A stretch of 64,000 nucleotides of DNA. Origin: Candidatus Bathyarchaeota archaeon. Lineage in GTDB: Archaea > Thermoproteota > Bathyarchaeia > Bathyarchaeales > Bathycorpusculaceae. A model generated the notes under the pieces. The model was not told the DNA's origin. It ran no database searches and saw only the letters and a program-made list of their open reading frames with translations. Positions 54,572-63,385 of this stretch are shown piece by piece. The translations under genes and the position numbers were made by a program. The first letter of the stretch is position 1, and every line of letters begins with the position of its first letter. Location: NCBI GenBank assembly GCA_963775685.1, contig CAVZJV010000014.1, positions 320,001 through 384,000 on the forward strand, written 5' to 3'.

Positions 54572-54885
54572 CTATGATTCGTCAACAAAGAAGAAGAATT
54601 GAGCGACAATGGAGCAAAATCAAGGTAGGCGATATCTGCACCAACTTTATTGAGCGTAATAGTTTGTTTTCTCTTCCTCATGTTGTCGCTTTCCAAGCGG
54701 TCAAAGTCTCTGACGAATTGGTTTGCGTGTATAATGTTGGTCTCTTTGACTTCAAAAAAGATAGAGGTCATGGCGAATACGTTACCATATGCATGTTCTT
54801 AAATGGTTTTTTCAGAAGCATAGATTCCATACAGATTGCCTTCATCCCCGAAGGTGACTTGTGGGAGAATGAAGAAATCGATTAA
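54550..54885 (+). CDS. Hypothetical protein of element 2
   Basis: ORF overlapping the rep 3' end. Confidence 0.55.
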   Translation: MSWGLWIAMIRQQRRRIERQWSKIKVGDICTNFIERNSLFSLPHVVAFQAVKVSDELVCVYNVGLFDFKKDRGHGEYVTICMFLNGFFRSIDSIQIAFIPEGDLWENEEID

Positions 54886-54899
54886 TAGCTCAGCGCATC

Positions 54900-55005
54900 G
54901 TTTGGTTCTTGCGGAACATTCGGCAAGGGTGACGCGGAGCGACCCGCGAAGCGGGAGCGTAGAGAGCACGCAAGCGCAAGTGAGTGAGCGAATAATACGG
55001 TCAAT
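54900..55005. other. Putative replication origin (sso/dso) hairpin cluster
   Basis: cttgcggaacattcggcaag and cccGCGAAGCggg hairpins in a GC-rich noncoding patch after rep. Confidence 0.55.
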
Positions 55006-55059
55006 CATCGAGAATTGTAAACCATGGCAAATGATGTAGTCTTCCGTCTATTTCCACTG

Positions 55060-56742
55060 CTAATTCTTTGGTGGTGTCATCTGCATTTGGATTCCAATCT
55101 TTAGAGACCAAGTCTTAAGTTCTGAATAAGTGATTAGTGGTGCTCCTTCAAAATTGTCTATGTTAACTAGGGTATTTGAAACCACTAATGGAAAAAGCAA
55201 TAATTTATCTGACAGATTGATTCCCAAAGCATCGCAATTGTTTTGAACATAAGAAGTAAATTTCTCAAAATTTTCGCTTATCCATTTTGCTCTATAATAC
55301 TGCTCAACAACAAAATTCTTAAATTTGTTTCCTTGTTTTGATAATGAAGATTTGAATTTTGACTCCTTGCATTCAATAATTAAAAGAGCATTCTCTTTCA
55401 AAGCAATTATGTCTAAATCTGTTCTGTTTTTTTCCTTACCCCATAATATATGAGCGATGTCTTTTGGAATCATAGGCTCAAAAATCTCAACGCTTTCGGG
55501 AAGAACCAGTAAACCCATTTCTTCTAATAGTTTTCTCGTTGCGTTTTCGAATTTCTTTCCTTTCAAATCATTTTCATAAATTGTATTGAAGCATTTATCG
55601 AGAGTAAATAAAGTTGAATATGTTAACCTTTCGAAAGTTGAAAAAATCGTATCATTAATAACGAGCATCCCATGAAAAACACTACTTCTATTTAAGTTGG
55701 ACAAAATATTGACGACTTTTTCTACTTCGATAATTTTGTGCTTCTTGCATATTGCACCTTTGCTCAATTCACTTAATTTCCATATTCCAAGTGTGTTGTC
55801 ATTCGGATAGCATTCAAAAATGAATTCATTAACGATGTCGAGAAATACTTTTAACTGAATTCCATGAATATCCTCAAATATTTTAGAAAAACCTGGTAGA
55901 CTACCATAAGCGAGGTATATTTCGTTGAATTCTAGTTTAAGATTGACAATATTTTTTTTGCCCTTTCCTTCCTGAATTGTTCTTATTGTTTCTTGAACTT
56001 GATTAGGCAGATTAGAGTTCCAAAAAGTCAGGTGAGTATAACTCTCGATTAATCTGTGAGATAATCCCCTTTTCTTATACGCTGTTTCAAAAGTGAAGCC
56101 TTCAGGATATTTAATGAAAGTTCCTTGTTCATTAAAATTAACTTCAGTTCCTATTGGAGCCAAATAAATCATTGTTTCCAAAAGACCTTTTTTATACATT
56201 AACTGTCTTAGCGCAAGGATTTTATCAAGGGTCAGAACGATTTTTTTATCGATATTACTGTCCAATATAATGAACATTGCGCCTGGATAACGACCCAAGA
56301 ACAGTCTTTCTTGAATTCGGATGATGTACTTATTGCCAATACTCTTCTCTTTCTTCAATTTGTCAACGAAATCAATAATGTCATTTTTATAATCTTGTTC
56401 GATTGACACTCCAATCGAAATTCCATTTTTTGTGTTCTTAGTTGTGTAATCAAGAAATCCCTTTTCTAATATGTTTTCGAACATGGTTTCTAAGAACTGA
56501 AACCATTCCATTAAGAAGCTAACTATACCCAGATTTCTTGGTTCGATATTGTTCTCTTTTTCCATTTTGGTTCTTTGATAGTCTATGTTAAGGGCACCGA
56601 TGGCATCCTCTAAACACAACATTGTAGGAATCGTTCTTAAGATATTGAACTTTGAATAGCTTTTCTCTATGTTTTCGTTGATTTGTATAAGTTCCTTTTT
56701 TGCTTGGGCTTTGTCGTTTGTTTCAAACATAAGTAACCTCAT
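55060..56742 (-). CDS. Large protein with C-terminal PD-(D/E)xK / NERD-like nuclease domain
   Basis: KGKKFENATRKLL..TDLDIIALKENALLIIECKES; markedly AT-rich. Confidence 0.75.
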   Translation of the reverse strand: MRLLMFETNDKAQAKKELIQINENIEKSYSKFNILRTIPTMLCLEDAIGALNIDYQRTKMEKENNIEPRNLGIVSFLMEWFQFLETMFENILEKGFLDYTTKNTKNGISIGVSIEQDYKNDIIDFVDKLKKEKSIGNKYIIRIQERLFLGRYPGAMFIILDSNIDKKIVLTLDKILALRQLMYKKGLLETMIYLAPIGTEVNFNEQGTFIKYPEGFTFETAYKKRGLSHRLIESYTHLTFWNSNLPNQVQETIRTIQEGKGKKNIVNLKLEFNEIYLAYGSLPGFSKIFEDIHGIQLKVFLDIVNEFIFECYPNDNTLGIWKLSELSKGAICKKHKIIEVEKVVNILSNLNRSSVFHGMLVINDTIFSTFERLTYSTLFTLDKCFNTIYENDLKGKKFENATRKLLEEMGLLVLPESVEIFEPMIPKDIAHILWGKEKNRTDLDIIALKENALLIIECKESKFKSSLSKQGNKFKNFVVEQYYRAKWISENFEKFTSYVQNNCDALGINLSDKLLLFPLVVSNTLVNIDNFEGAPLITYSELKTWSLKIGIQMQMTPPKN

Positions 56743-56835
56743 CGTTGGTTCAGATTATTGATATTAAATTATGTCTTACTAAGATTTAAGATAAAATGGA
56801 ATCGTTTTAGCAGATTATTAATTACATAGAAAGTA

Positions 56836-57783
56836 TTATGCTGCTTTCTTGAAGTATGTTATTCCATCTACTTGGCAGACTAATTCACAATCTTCTTTGA
56901 TAGCTTGCTCAATCTCTGTTTGGTTGTGGCATATTACGGGTATCCAAGTTATGTTTTTGTCGTCAAATAGGCTGATGTATTTCTCGGTGCTTCGGCTGTC
57001 TTTGTGTCCTAAAATTTGTTTTACCCAAAGGAAGTTGTGTCTGGATAATTTGTATTCTTTGCTGGCTTTGAAGCGTCTAAAATCGTATAGCTGAATTTGC
57101 TTCAGTTCTGGCATATTGTAATCTTGGGCTATTCTGTTTCGAGTGTGTCGATAATCATTTGATAGATTATCGCTTGAGCTATTGTATAAGTGGCTGTTTG
57201 CGCTGAAGTTTTTCTTTTGGATGAAGATTTTTAGAAGTTCTAAGCTTTTTACTCGAAGTTTTCCTTCTCTTCCGATTGTGTGTTTAGCTCCTGTGATTGA
57301 TACTAATCCTGTGGTTAGGTCAATGTCTTTGATTGTTAGCCATGTTAATTCTATTGGTCTTTGTCCTAAGTCTTTGCTTATGGATAGTTTAGTTGCCATT
57401 TCCATTCTGCAATGGTTGATTAAAAAATCTAGATGCTCTTCTTTTGGTGCTTTTCGTTTCTTATCATATCTTTGGTAAAAAGGTTGATTCCATGTTCAGC
57501 TTAACGATTTAATTATTATTGCGTATGCTTCGATTAGGTTCTCTTTGTGTCCGTTTGAGCATGTTTTTCTTGCTATGTATAATTTTACTTCTTCAGGGTT
57601 TGCTGTGTTGCAATTCCGTTCTAAATGCCTAAGGAGCTTGGCTGTTTTCTTAATTGTTGATTGCTCATAAGCGTTTTTCATCATCCAAAGCATAACGTTT
57701 GGAATATTTATTTTTCCTATGTCTTGGGGCTGTTCGTTTATATTTTGGGTTTGTGTTTGTTGTTTCTTCATTTTTTTCCTCAT
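56836..57783 (-). CDS. Tyrosine recombinase/integrase; frameshift near 57497
   Basis: GQRPIEL (R), GAKH (K), YDFRR, ILGH, TEKY; N-part (57496-57783) joins through TWNQPFYQR..APKEEHLDFLI. Confidence 0.88.
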
Positions 57784-57788
57784 CTCCA

Positions 57789-57802
57789 CGAAAGCCCTTA
57801 AG
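57789..57802 (+). promoter_or_regulatory. BRE/TATA-like promoter for the C/D sRNA
   Basis: CGAAAGCCCTTAAG about 25 nt upstream of the sRNA 5' stem. Confidence 0.55.
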
Positions 57803-57852
57803 AGACTGGGACGGTGCATTATCAGCGGGGGATGATGTCGCCGTCCCAGTCT
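57803..57852. repeat. Putative attR: inverted repeat AGACTGGGACGG..CCGTCCCAGTCT extending inward around AGCGGGG
   Basis: Perfect 12-bp arms plus ~9 bp imperfect inner stem. Confidence 0.7.
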
Positions 57853-57889
57853 GATAGGGAAGATGAAGAACGAAATATTGACAGACCCC
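57827..57889 (+). ncRNA. Box C/D methylation-guide sRNA; D' guide predicts 23S rRNA Gm2251 (E. coli numbering)
   Basis: GGGG / C ATGATGT / 12-nt guide CGCCGTCCCAGT / D' CTGA / C' ATGAAGA / 12-nt guide ACGAAATATTGA / D CAGA / CCCC; guide pairs with conserved ACUGGGGCGG. Confidence 0.85.
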
Positions 57890-58000
57890 ACTTTCATTTG
57901 CCATCAATTTTTTTGCGGCTGGGTGTTCCGCTAAGAGAACAAGGTGTTCTTTAGGGAGAGTAATATCTCAGAGCTGTCAATATCCTCATAGGTGACTTGA

Positions 58001-59900
58001 ATGAGCTTTCGCAGAAAAAGGGTGGGAACATTGAAGAAAAGAGAAATCCTTAAAGCACTTATACTCACAGTAATTTTGATTTCGGCTGTTTGGATGTGTA
58101 ACCTTCAGACAAGCCAGGCTTCTAAGACTATAGTTGTTCCACAAGATTATCCAACAATAGGTCAAGCAATCATACACGCCTCATCAAGCGACGTTGTATC
58201 GGTGAAGCCGGGGGTTTACTATGAAAACCTTCAAATTAACAAGTCCTTAACGCTTATGGGTGAAGACAGTGAAAACACCCTTATTATCGGCGAAGGTGGC
58301 TCCGATGAACCTGCTGTCCTTACGTTGGCAGCGGCAAACATCAGAGTTTCAGGATTCACCATCCAAAGCGTCAATAGCACAAATCCCTCTCAAAACGCCA
58401 TAGGCATAAACCTCCAGGGCGATGGCTGCACAATCCACGACAACATCATAAAGAGCAACTATTTCGGAATCTTTTGCGCCGTCCAATCATCTACAACCAT
58501 AACCAATAACATAATCACCCTGAGCATTAAAGACGGGATACGATTCTATGCTGGCTCCCAGAACAAAATCTCCGACAACAGCATCATCTCAAATGCGGTT
58601 TCAGGTGTTGCTTTAGGCGGCTACTCAAACACGGTTGAGGGAAACAACTTTCAGGGCAATACCCGCGGGTTAGGTTTGGGCGCATCCAACTCGGTCGTGT
58701 TCCATAATACGATGGTGTCTAATTCTGAGTCAGGTATTTTCCTCTCAGGATCAAAAAATGTAATCGCTTGGCAATGAGGTTGATTCCAACAAGTATGGAG
58801 TATACATTACGACTCAGGGAGCTTCTCCAAGCGCAAACGAAATTTATCAAAATAACTTGTTGAATAATTTCTATAACGCTTTTGGCAACTCTTCTTATCT
58901 TGTTGAGAGTTGGGACAGCGGGTCTAAGTCAGGCGGAAACTATTGGAGCGACTACCAAACAAAGTACCCCGCCGCAGTTGAAGATGGGAATTCAGGAATA
59001 GAAAATACCGCCTACATCATTAACTCAAACAACATGGACAAATATCCATTAACTGCGCCCTTCAACATCGCCAATTTTGACAAGGCGCCAATCGCAATCC
59101 CTCCAAGTCGGGCAAAGCCCAACAGCGTTGTTGCTTTATGGTCATTTGATAATGTTGACCTTGATCTTGTGGCTCCAGATTTAATAGGCAATAACCCAGC
59201 AGTTTTAGGGTCAGTTACAGGTGTTTACAACTACACTCCAGCGCGGGTTCAAGGCAAGTTTGGCGAAGCCTTAAGCTTCAACGGGAACACCTATGCTGCA
59301 GTGCAGCCTTCGCCCAGCCTCGAAACCCCAAACGACATAACCGTTGATGTTTGGGTAAATGTGCCCGAAATCAAAGCTGACGTGCCATACAACAACATTC
59401 TCATCGAAGCCGTTAGGTCTACCGCTGCTCTTCCAACGCGAACTCTTGGAGTAGCAATTAACGGAGAAACACCCAGTAATGAGAGTTCGCCACCAATAGG
59501 TGTCCTCCGCGCTTACGTAATGACGTCAAACGAGTTCAACGAAATAGACAGCAAAGAGCCCCTTCCATTTAACACGTGGGTTCACGTGGTTTTCGTCCGA
59601 AGCACAACAACTGGAATGCACCTCTATGTTAACGGAAAAGAACAAGCCGTAACAGTTGCCGCTGGAACATCCAACCCCACAGGCCCCATACAGAAACCAA
59701 CCGACATCTACATCGGACACGACTCAATAATCGAAATCGATCAACTCCAAATCAGCAACACTGCTCAGCAACCGTCTCAGCCGCTTTGGATGCAATGGTG
59801 GCTTTGGGCCGCGATAATATTTACCAGTTTGGCAGGAACAGGGTTGATGCTTTATTTCAAGAAACCGAAAAAATGGCAAGAACGAGTGCCCCAAGCATAG
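58001..59900 (+). CDS. NosD beta-helix plus LamG domain cell-surface protein; frameshift ~58770
   Basis: VPQDYPTIGQAI, beta-helix repeats, GNYWSDY, GKFGEALSFNG, NTWVHV..LYVNG, C-terminal TM. Confidence 0.85.
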
Positions 59901-60103
59901 AAAAACCTTTACTTTTTTACCCCACATTTTTTGTTTTATATATTTGGAGCGGCGCCAGCTCTGAAAGGTCGATAGGTTCCAAATTTAGAGTTTCCCAAAT
60001 GCAAAATCATTTTTAACACCAAAGAACCAAGCGAAAAGTGTCTTATTATATTTATTACTCCTCAATATAACATAACATAGCATTCACTGGTTGCATCATA
60101 GGC

Positions 60104-60361
60104 ATGGGAAAAAACCGGAAAAGCGCTGTTCAAATACGATTCGAAATCTTGGAGTATCTATTTTTCAACTCAAAAAACCAGCTGAGAACAATAATTTGGC
60201 GCAAATCCACAAACGTTTCTTACGATGACTTTCTTAAGCATCTGGCTTTTCTGAAGGAAAAACAATTAGTGAAAGAAACCCCTGAAGGATACTCCATGCT
60301 TACTGAGCAAGGAAGAGCGCTATACATTGAACTTCGCAAGTCCCTCCCCTCCATCCTGTAA
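60104..60361 (+). CDS. wHTH regulator (HTH_45-like)
   Basis: RKSAVQIRFEILE..TNVSY..LTEQGR. Confidence 0.85.
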   Translation: MGKNRKSAVQIRFEILEYLFFNSKNQLRTIIWRKSTNVSYDDFLKHLAFLKEKQLVKETPEGYSMLTEQGRALYIELRKSLPSIL

Positions 60362-60371
60362 GCTGCCAAAC

Positions 60372-60386
60372 TTCATCTATGGTGCA
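60372..60386 (+). promoter_or_regulatory. Operator-like 15-mer TTCATCTATGGTGCA (copy 1)
   Basis: Identical copy at 60794-60808. Confidence 0.6.
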
Positions 60387-60429
60387 TCAAGTATAAAACC
60401 AAAAAACACTCAAATAATGAGGAAGAACA

Positions 60430-60792
60430 ATGACTCAAGAACCCGATGAAAACAAACAGTACCCAGTAAAATCCCTTCATGACTTTCTATTCGAACTCGA
60501 CCGAGAATGGACAAAATTCCGAAACGGCACCCTAATCGGCCTTGTATCTTCGGGTATCCTGTTTCTGCTAGTTGTTTGGCTTATTCTACGCGTCAGACAT
60601 TTGGGTTTGGGTTTACTGGATTTTGTTTTACTGATTTTCGCAGGTGCCTTTTTAGGTTACAGCATCTACGCGATGTACTCACAGTATCGATTCTTTAACA
60701 GGTGGGAACGGCGAGTAGGCTTACTTTTACACATGGAAGAACGAATTTTAACTGAAAAACTAGACGAAACCAAAGCTCCCAAAGTTACTTAG
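60430..60792 (+). CDS. 2-TM hypothetical membrane protein
   Basis: 120-aa ORF with two hydrophobic helices. Confidence 0.75.
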   Translation: MTQEPDENKQYPVKSLHDFLFELDREWTKFRNGTLIGLVSSGILFLLVVWLILRVRHLGLGLLDFVLLIFAGAFLGYSIYAMYSQYRFFNRWERRVGLLLHMEERILTEKLDETKAPKVT

Positions 60793-60793
60793 G

Positions 60794-60808
60794 TTCATCT
60801 ATGGTGCA
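60794..60808 (+). promoter_or_regulatory. Operator-like 15-mer (copy 2)
   Basis: Identical to 60372-60386; partial inverted copy at 60853-60862. Confidence 0.6.
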
Positions 60809-60883
60809 CATCAAAAGTGCGGCTTTCTTTTTAAAGAGCACACCAAAGAAATCATAGATGAAGAAAAACTGAGGTGATATATA

Positions 60884-61388
60884 ATGAATAAACTACACAG
60901 TAAAACCAAAATCCTCATCATATCACTCGTTGCAACGGCATTAATCTTGGCAATAGCGGTTCCTTATGTAAGTGCTCAAACTCTCCGCTAACCCGATCGA
61001 CAACACAAAAACCCTAACCGCCAAAGGATACGCATATCAAACCATAGATAGCCAGACCATCAAAAAATATCCTGCAAGCTTTTCCCTCACGCTAGCACCA
61101 ACAGGCACTGACAGATCGGTTAAGCTATTCGATGTTACGGGCGGAACAGTAATGGTAAACGGCGTCTCATACATCGTTACAAACGGAAAAGGCGGCGTAT
61201 TGATCGAAAAACATTCGGTTCTGTTGCAGGCCCAGGGAACAAGCCCTGATGGGCAAACCCTGACATTCAAATTGGCTGGTCGATACTTCTGGGTGGGCGC
61301 AAACAGCTATGTCGTTCGCATCAGTGCTAAACTGCAAACAGATGACGAAAATTACACTTTACTTATGCGTGCTACAATACGCCGATAA
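60884..61388 (+). CDS. Secreted beta-rich hypothetical protein; frameshift ~60985
   Basis: GAGGTGA RBS, signal peptide, then ORF 60972-61388. Confidence 0.65.
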
Positions 61389-61726
61389 TTCATTTATCTA
61401 AAAAGCCTCATTTTCTATTCTTTTTTGGTTCTTTAAAATTGTGAAAATAAAAGTGATCTTTAAGAAAAATGTTTCTCAGGCAACTATTTTTTGCCTTTGC
61501 CCTGGTGTTTAGCTGGAAGTGAAACCTGTTTTCTCTCTTTTCGTTTCTGCTCTTTTTCACGAATCATTTGCTTGTGCTTTTCTAATCCTTCAGTTTTCTT
61601 TGCTTTCTTAGACAATATCTTCAACCTTAGCCAGCAATAGAAAACATTGATACTCAAAAACATTTTCCTTCGATACATGGTTGTCGTAATATTTAATAGC
61701 AAAATTGTTCAAGCTAAAGTGAGGAT

Positions 61727-61889
61727 ATGGAAAACGCCTAAAGTTGAAATCGTTTGCCCGAAATGTAGTTCATCAGCGGTTGAGCGGCGCAATAATCAGG
61801 AGTGCCATTGCACTAAATGTGGGTCAATTTTTTATTTTGTTACTCCGCAATGTGGTTCTCAAACTGACTTGGAAAGATACAACCTGTAA
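61727..61889 (+). CDS. Small Zn-ribbon protein
   Basis: CPKCSS..CTKCG..TPQCG; start uncertain. Confidence 0.5.
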
Positions 61890-61949
61890 GGCAGTGAGCT
61901 TTTTTAAGTGAGGTTTAGCTGGATTTTTGTTTTTTGACCATTAACTTTA

Positions 61950-61984
61950 TATGAACAAAGTATTCATATGAATTATAATTCATG
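61950..61984. promoter_or_regulatory. Tandem palindromic operator upstream of ArsR gene
   Basis: TATGAA-caaagta-TTCATA and ATGAATTATAATTCAT. Confidence 0.65.
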
Positions 61985-62008
61985 CTATCGAAAGGGTGGA
62001 TAACACAA

Positions 62009-62336
62009 ATGAAAAAAGGGCTAACAAAAATCTGCTACCGCTTCTTCATCAAACCTAGCAAACCCCACTAGACTCGCCGCCATCGAACAACTAATGAACA
62101 AATCTATGAGCGTAAACGATCTCGCCACAGCGCTGGGTCAAGAACAAAGCATGATATCCCACAACCTCAAACCCCTCCTCGATTGCAACCTCATATCCAT
62201 CAAAAAACAAGGCAAAAAACACATCTACACCGCTAACCAAGAAACACTCAACCCAATCTTTGAAGCCATCCAAACCCACGCACAAAAATTCTGCCCCACA
62301 GGCGGAAAATGCACTAAAAGGAGAAGATTAACATGA
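62009..62336 (+). CDS. ArsR/SmtB regulator (frameshift ~62050)
   Basis: CYRFF / LANPTRLA..SVNDLA..QSMISHNL; C-terminal HAQKFC..C. Confidence 0.85.
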
Positions 62337-62977
62337 AAAGAAAAATCGTAAACATAAACGAAGACCTATGTAACGGATGCGGAAACTGCATCCCCAAATG
62401 CGCAGAAGGCGCCCTCCAAATCATAAACGGAAAAGCAAAAATTATTAAGGAAACCTACTGCGATGGCCTAGGCGCTTGCTTAGGGCAGTGTCCTCAAGGG
62501 GCGATTACGCTAACTGAACGTGAAGCCCCTGCTTTCAGCGAGGCCGAAGTGCATGAGCATCTCAAAACCAAAACAGCCACGCCAGCATCAACTACTCAAA
62601 TCAACCACACACCCCAAAAGCCGCAGTGGCCAGTAAAACTAAACCTTGTCCCCGTGAAAGCACCGTTCTTCGAAAACGCCGAACTACTTTTCGCTGCTGA
62701 CTGCGCCCCTGTTGCGCTCAAAAACTTCCATGACCTACTGAAAGGTAAACGCGTAATCATCGGTTGCCCCAAATTCGACGATGCAAGAGCTTACGCTCAA
62801 AAACTAACCGAAATCTTCCAGCAAAACAACATCGCCTCAATATCCGTTGTCCACATGGAAGTTCCCTGTTGCACAGGATTAAAGTGGGCGGTAAACAAAG
62901 CGCTCGAAGACTCGGGAAAACAAATACCAGTTAAAGAATGCGAGGTCAAAATCGGAGGTGAAGTAGTTGAGCTCTAA
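62333..62977 (+). CDS. 4Fe-4S ferredoxin-domain protein
   Basis: CNGCGNCIPKC, CDGLGACLGQCP, QWPVKL, AADC, GCPKFD, MEVPCC. Confidence 0.9.
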   Translation: MKRKIVNINEDLCNGCGNCIPKCAEGALQIINGKAKIIKETYCDGLGACLGQCPQGAITLTEREAPAFSEAEVHEHLKTKTATPASTTQINHTPQKPQWPVKLNLVPVKAPFFENAELLFAADCAPVALKNFHDLLKGKRVIIGCPKFDDARAYAQKLTEIFQQNNIASISVVHMEVPCCTGLKWAVNKALEDSGKQIPVKECEVKIGGEVVEL

Positions 62978-63221
62978 AGACAAACAAATACAAAAAAACC
63001 CTGAAACCTGCCCCGGACTACGTGACTTACTTCAGCCCAAACCCGCCTACATCAAATGCCACGTTTGCGGAGGAGACCTAGAAATTTGGACCGACGAGGA
63101 CAAAACAACCTGTCCCGAATGCGGAGCCGAATGGAAACGCCCTGACAAGTCAGCCACATGCCTAGAATACTGCCAATTCGCCGACAAATGCAGAGGCATA
63201 ATAGAAACACGTAAGCATTGA
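62967..63221 (+). CDS. Small Cys-rich Zn/Fe-S protein
   Basis: CPG, CHVCG..EIWTDE..CPECG, CLEYCQFADKC. Confidence 0.8.
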   Translation: MSSKDKQIQKNPETCPGLRDLLQPKPAYIKCHVCGGDLEIWTDEDKTTCPECGAEWKRPDKSATCLEYCQFADKCRGIIETRKH

Positions 63222-63385
63222 TAAAAAGAAATTAAGTTATTTTTTTATTTTTCTTTACTTCAGAAAACTAAATTAGAATACCCAAAAACCATTATTTTAG
63301 AAAAACGTTTAGCCAACTACTAAATGCCATATTTAAAGGTAAATTAAAAGGTAATTGTAACCAAACAATGAAAGGTTAAGACCAA

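Larger units (their letters stand above)
51840..57826. mobile_element. Element 2: ~6-kb integrated rolling-circle (HUH Rep) element
   Basis: Rep, divergent wHTH, hairpin-rich origin, nuclease cargo, integrase; bounded by att-like repeats. Confidence 0.8.

Noticed and set aside
57827-57889. TIGR-like array
   Set aside because: Only one C/D unit, guides are 12 nt, one matches rRNA, and no Nop-domain (Tas) gene is nearby.
57784-57907. N-terminal extensions of ORFs 57496-57897 and 57665-57907
   Set aside because: They run antisense through the sRNA/att region; the integrase more likely starts at 57783 or 57771.
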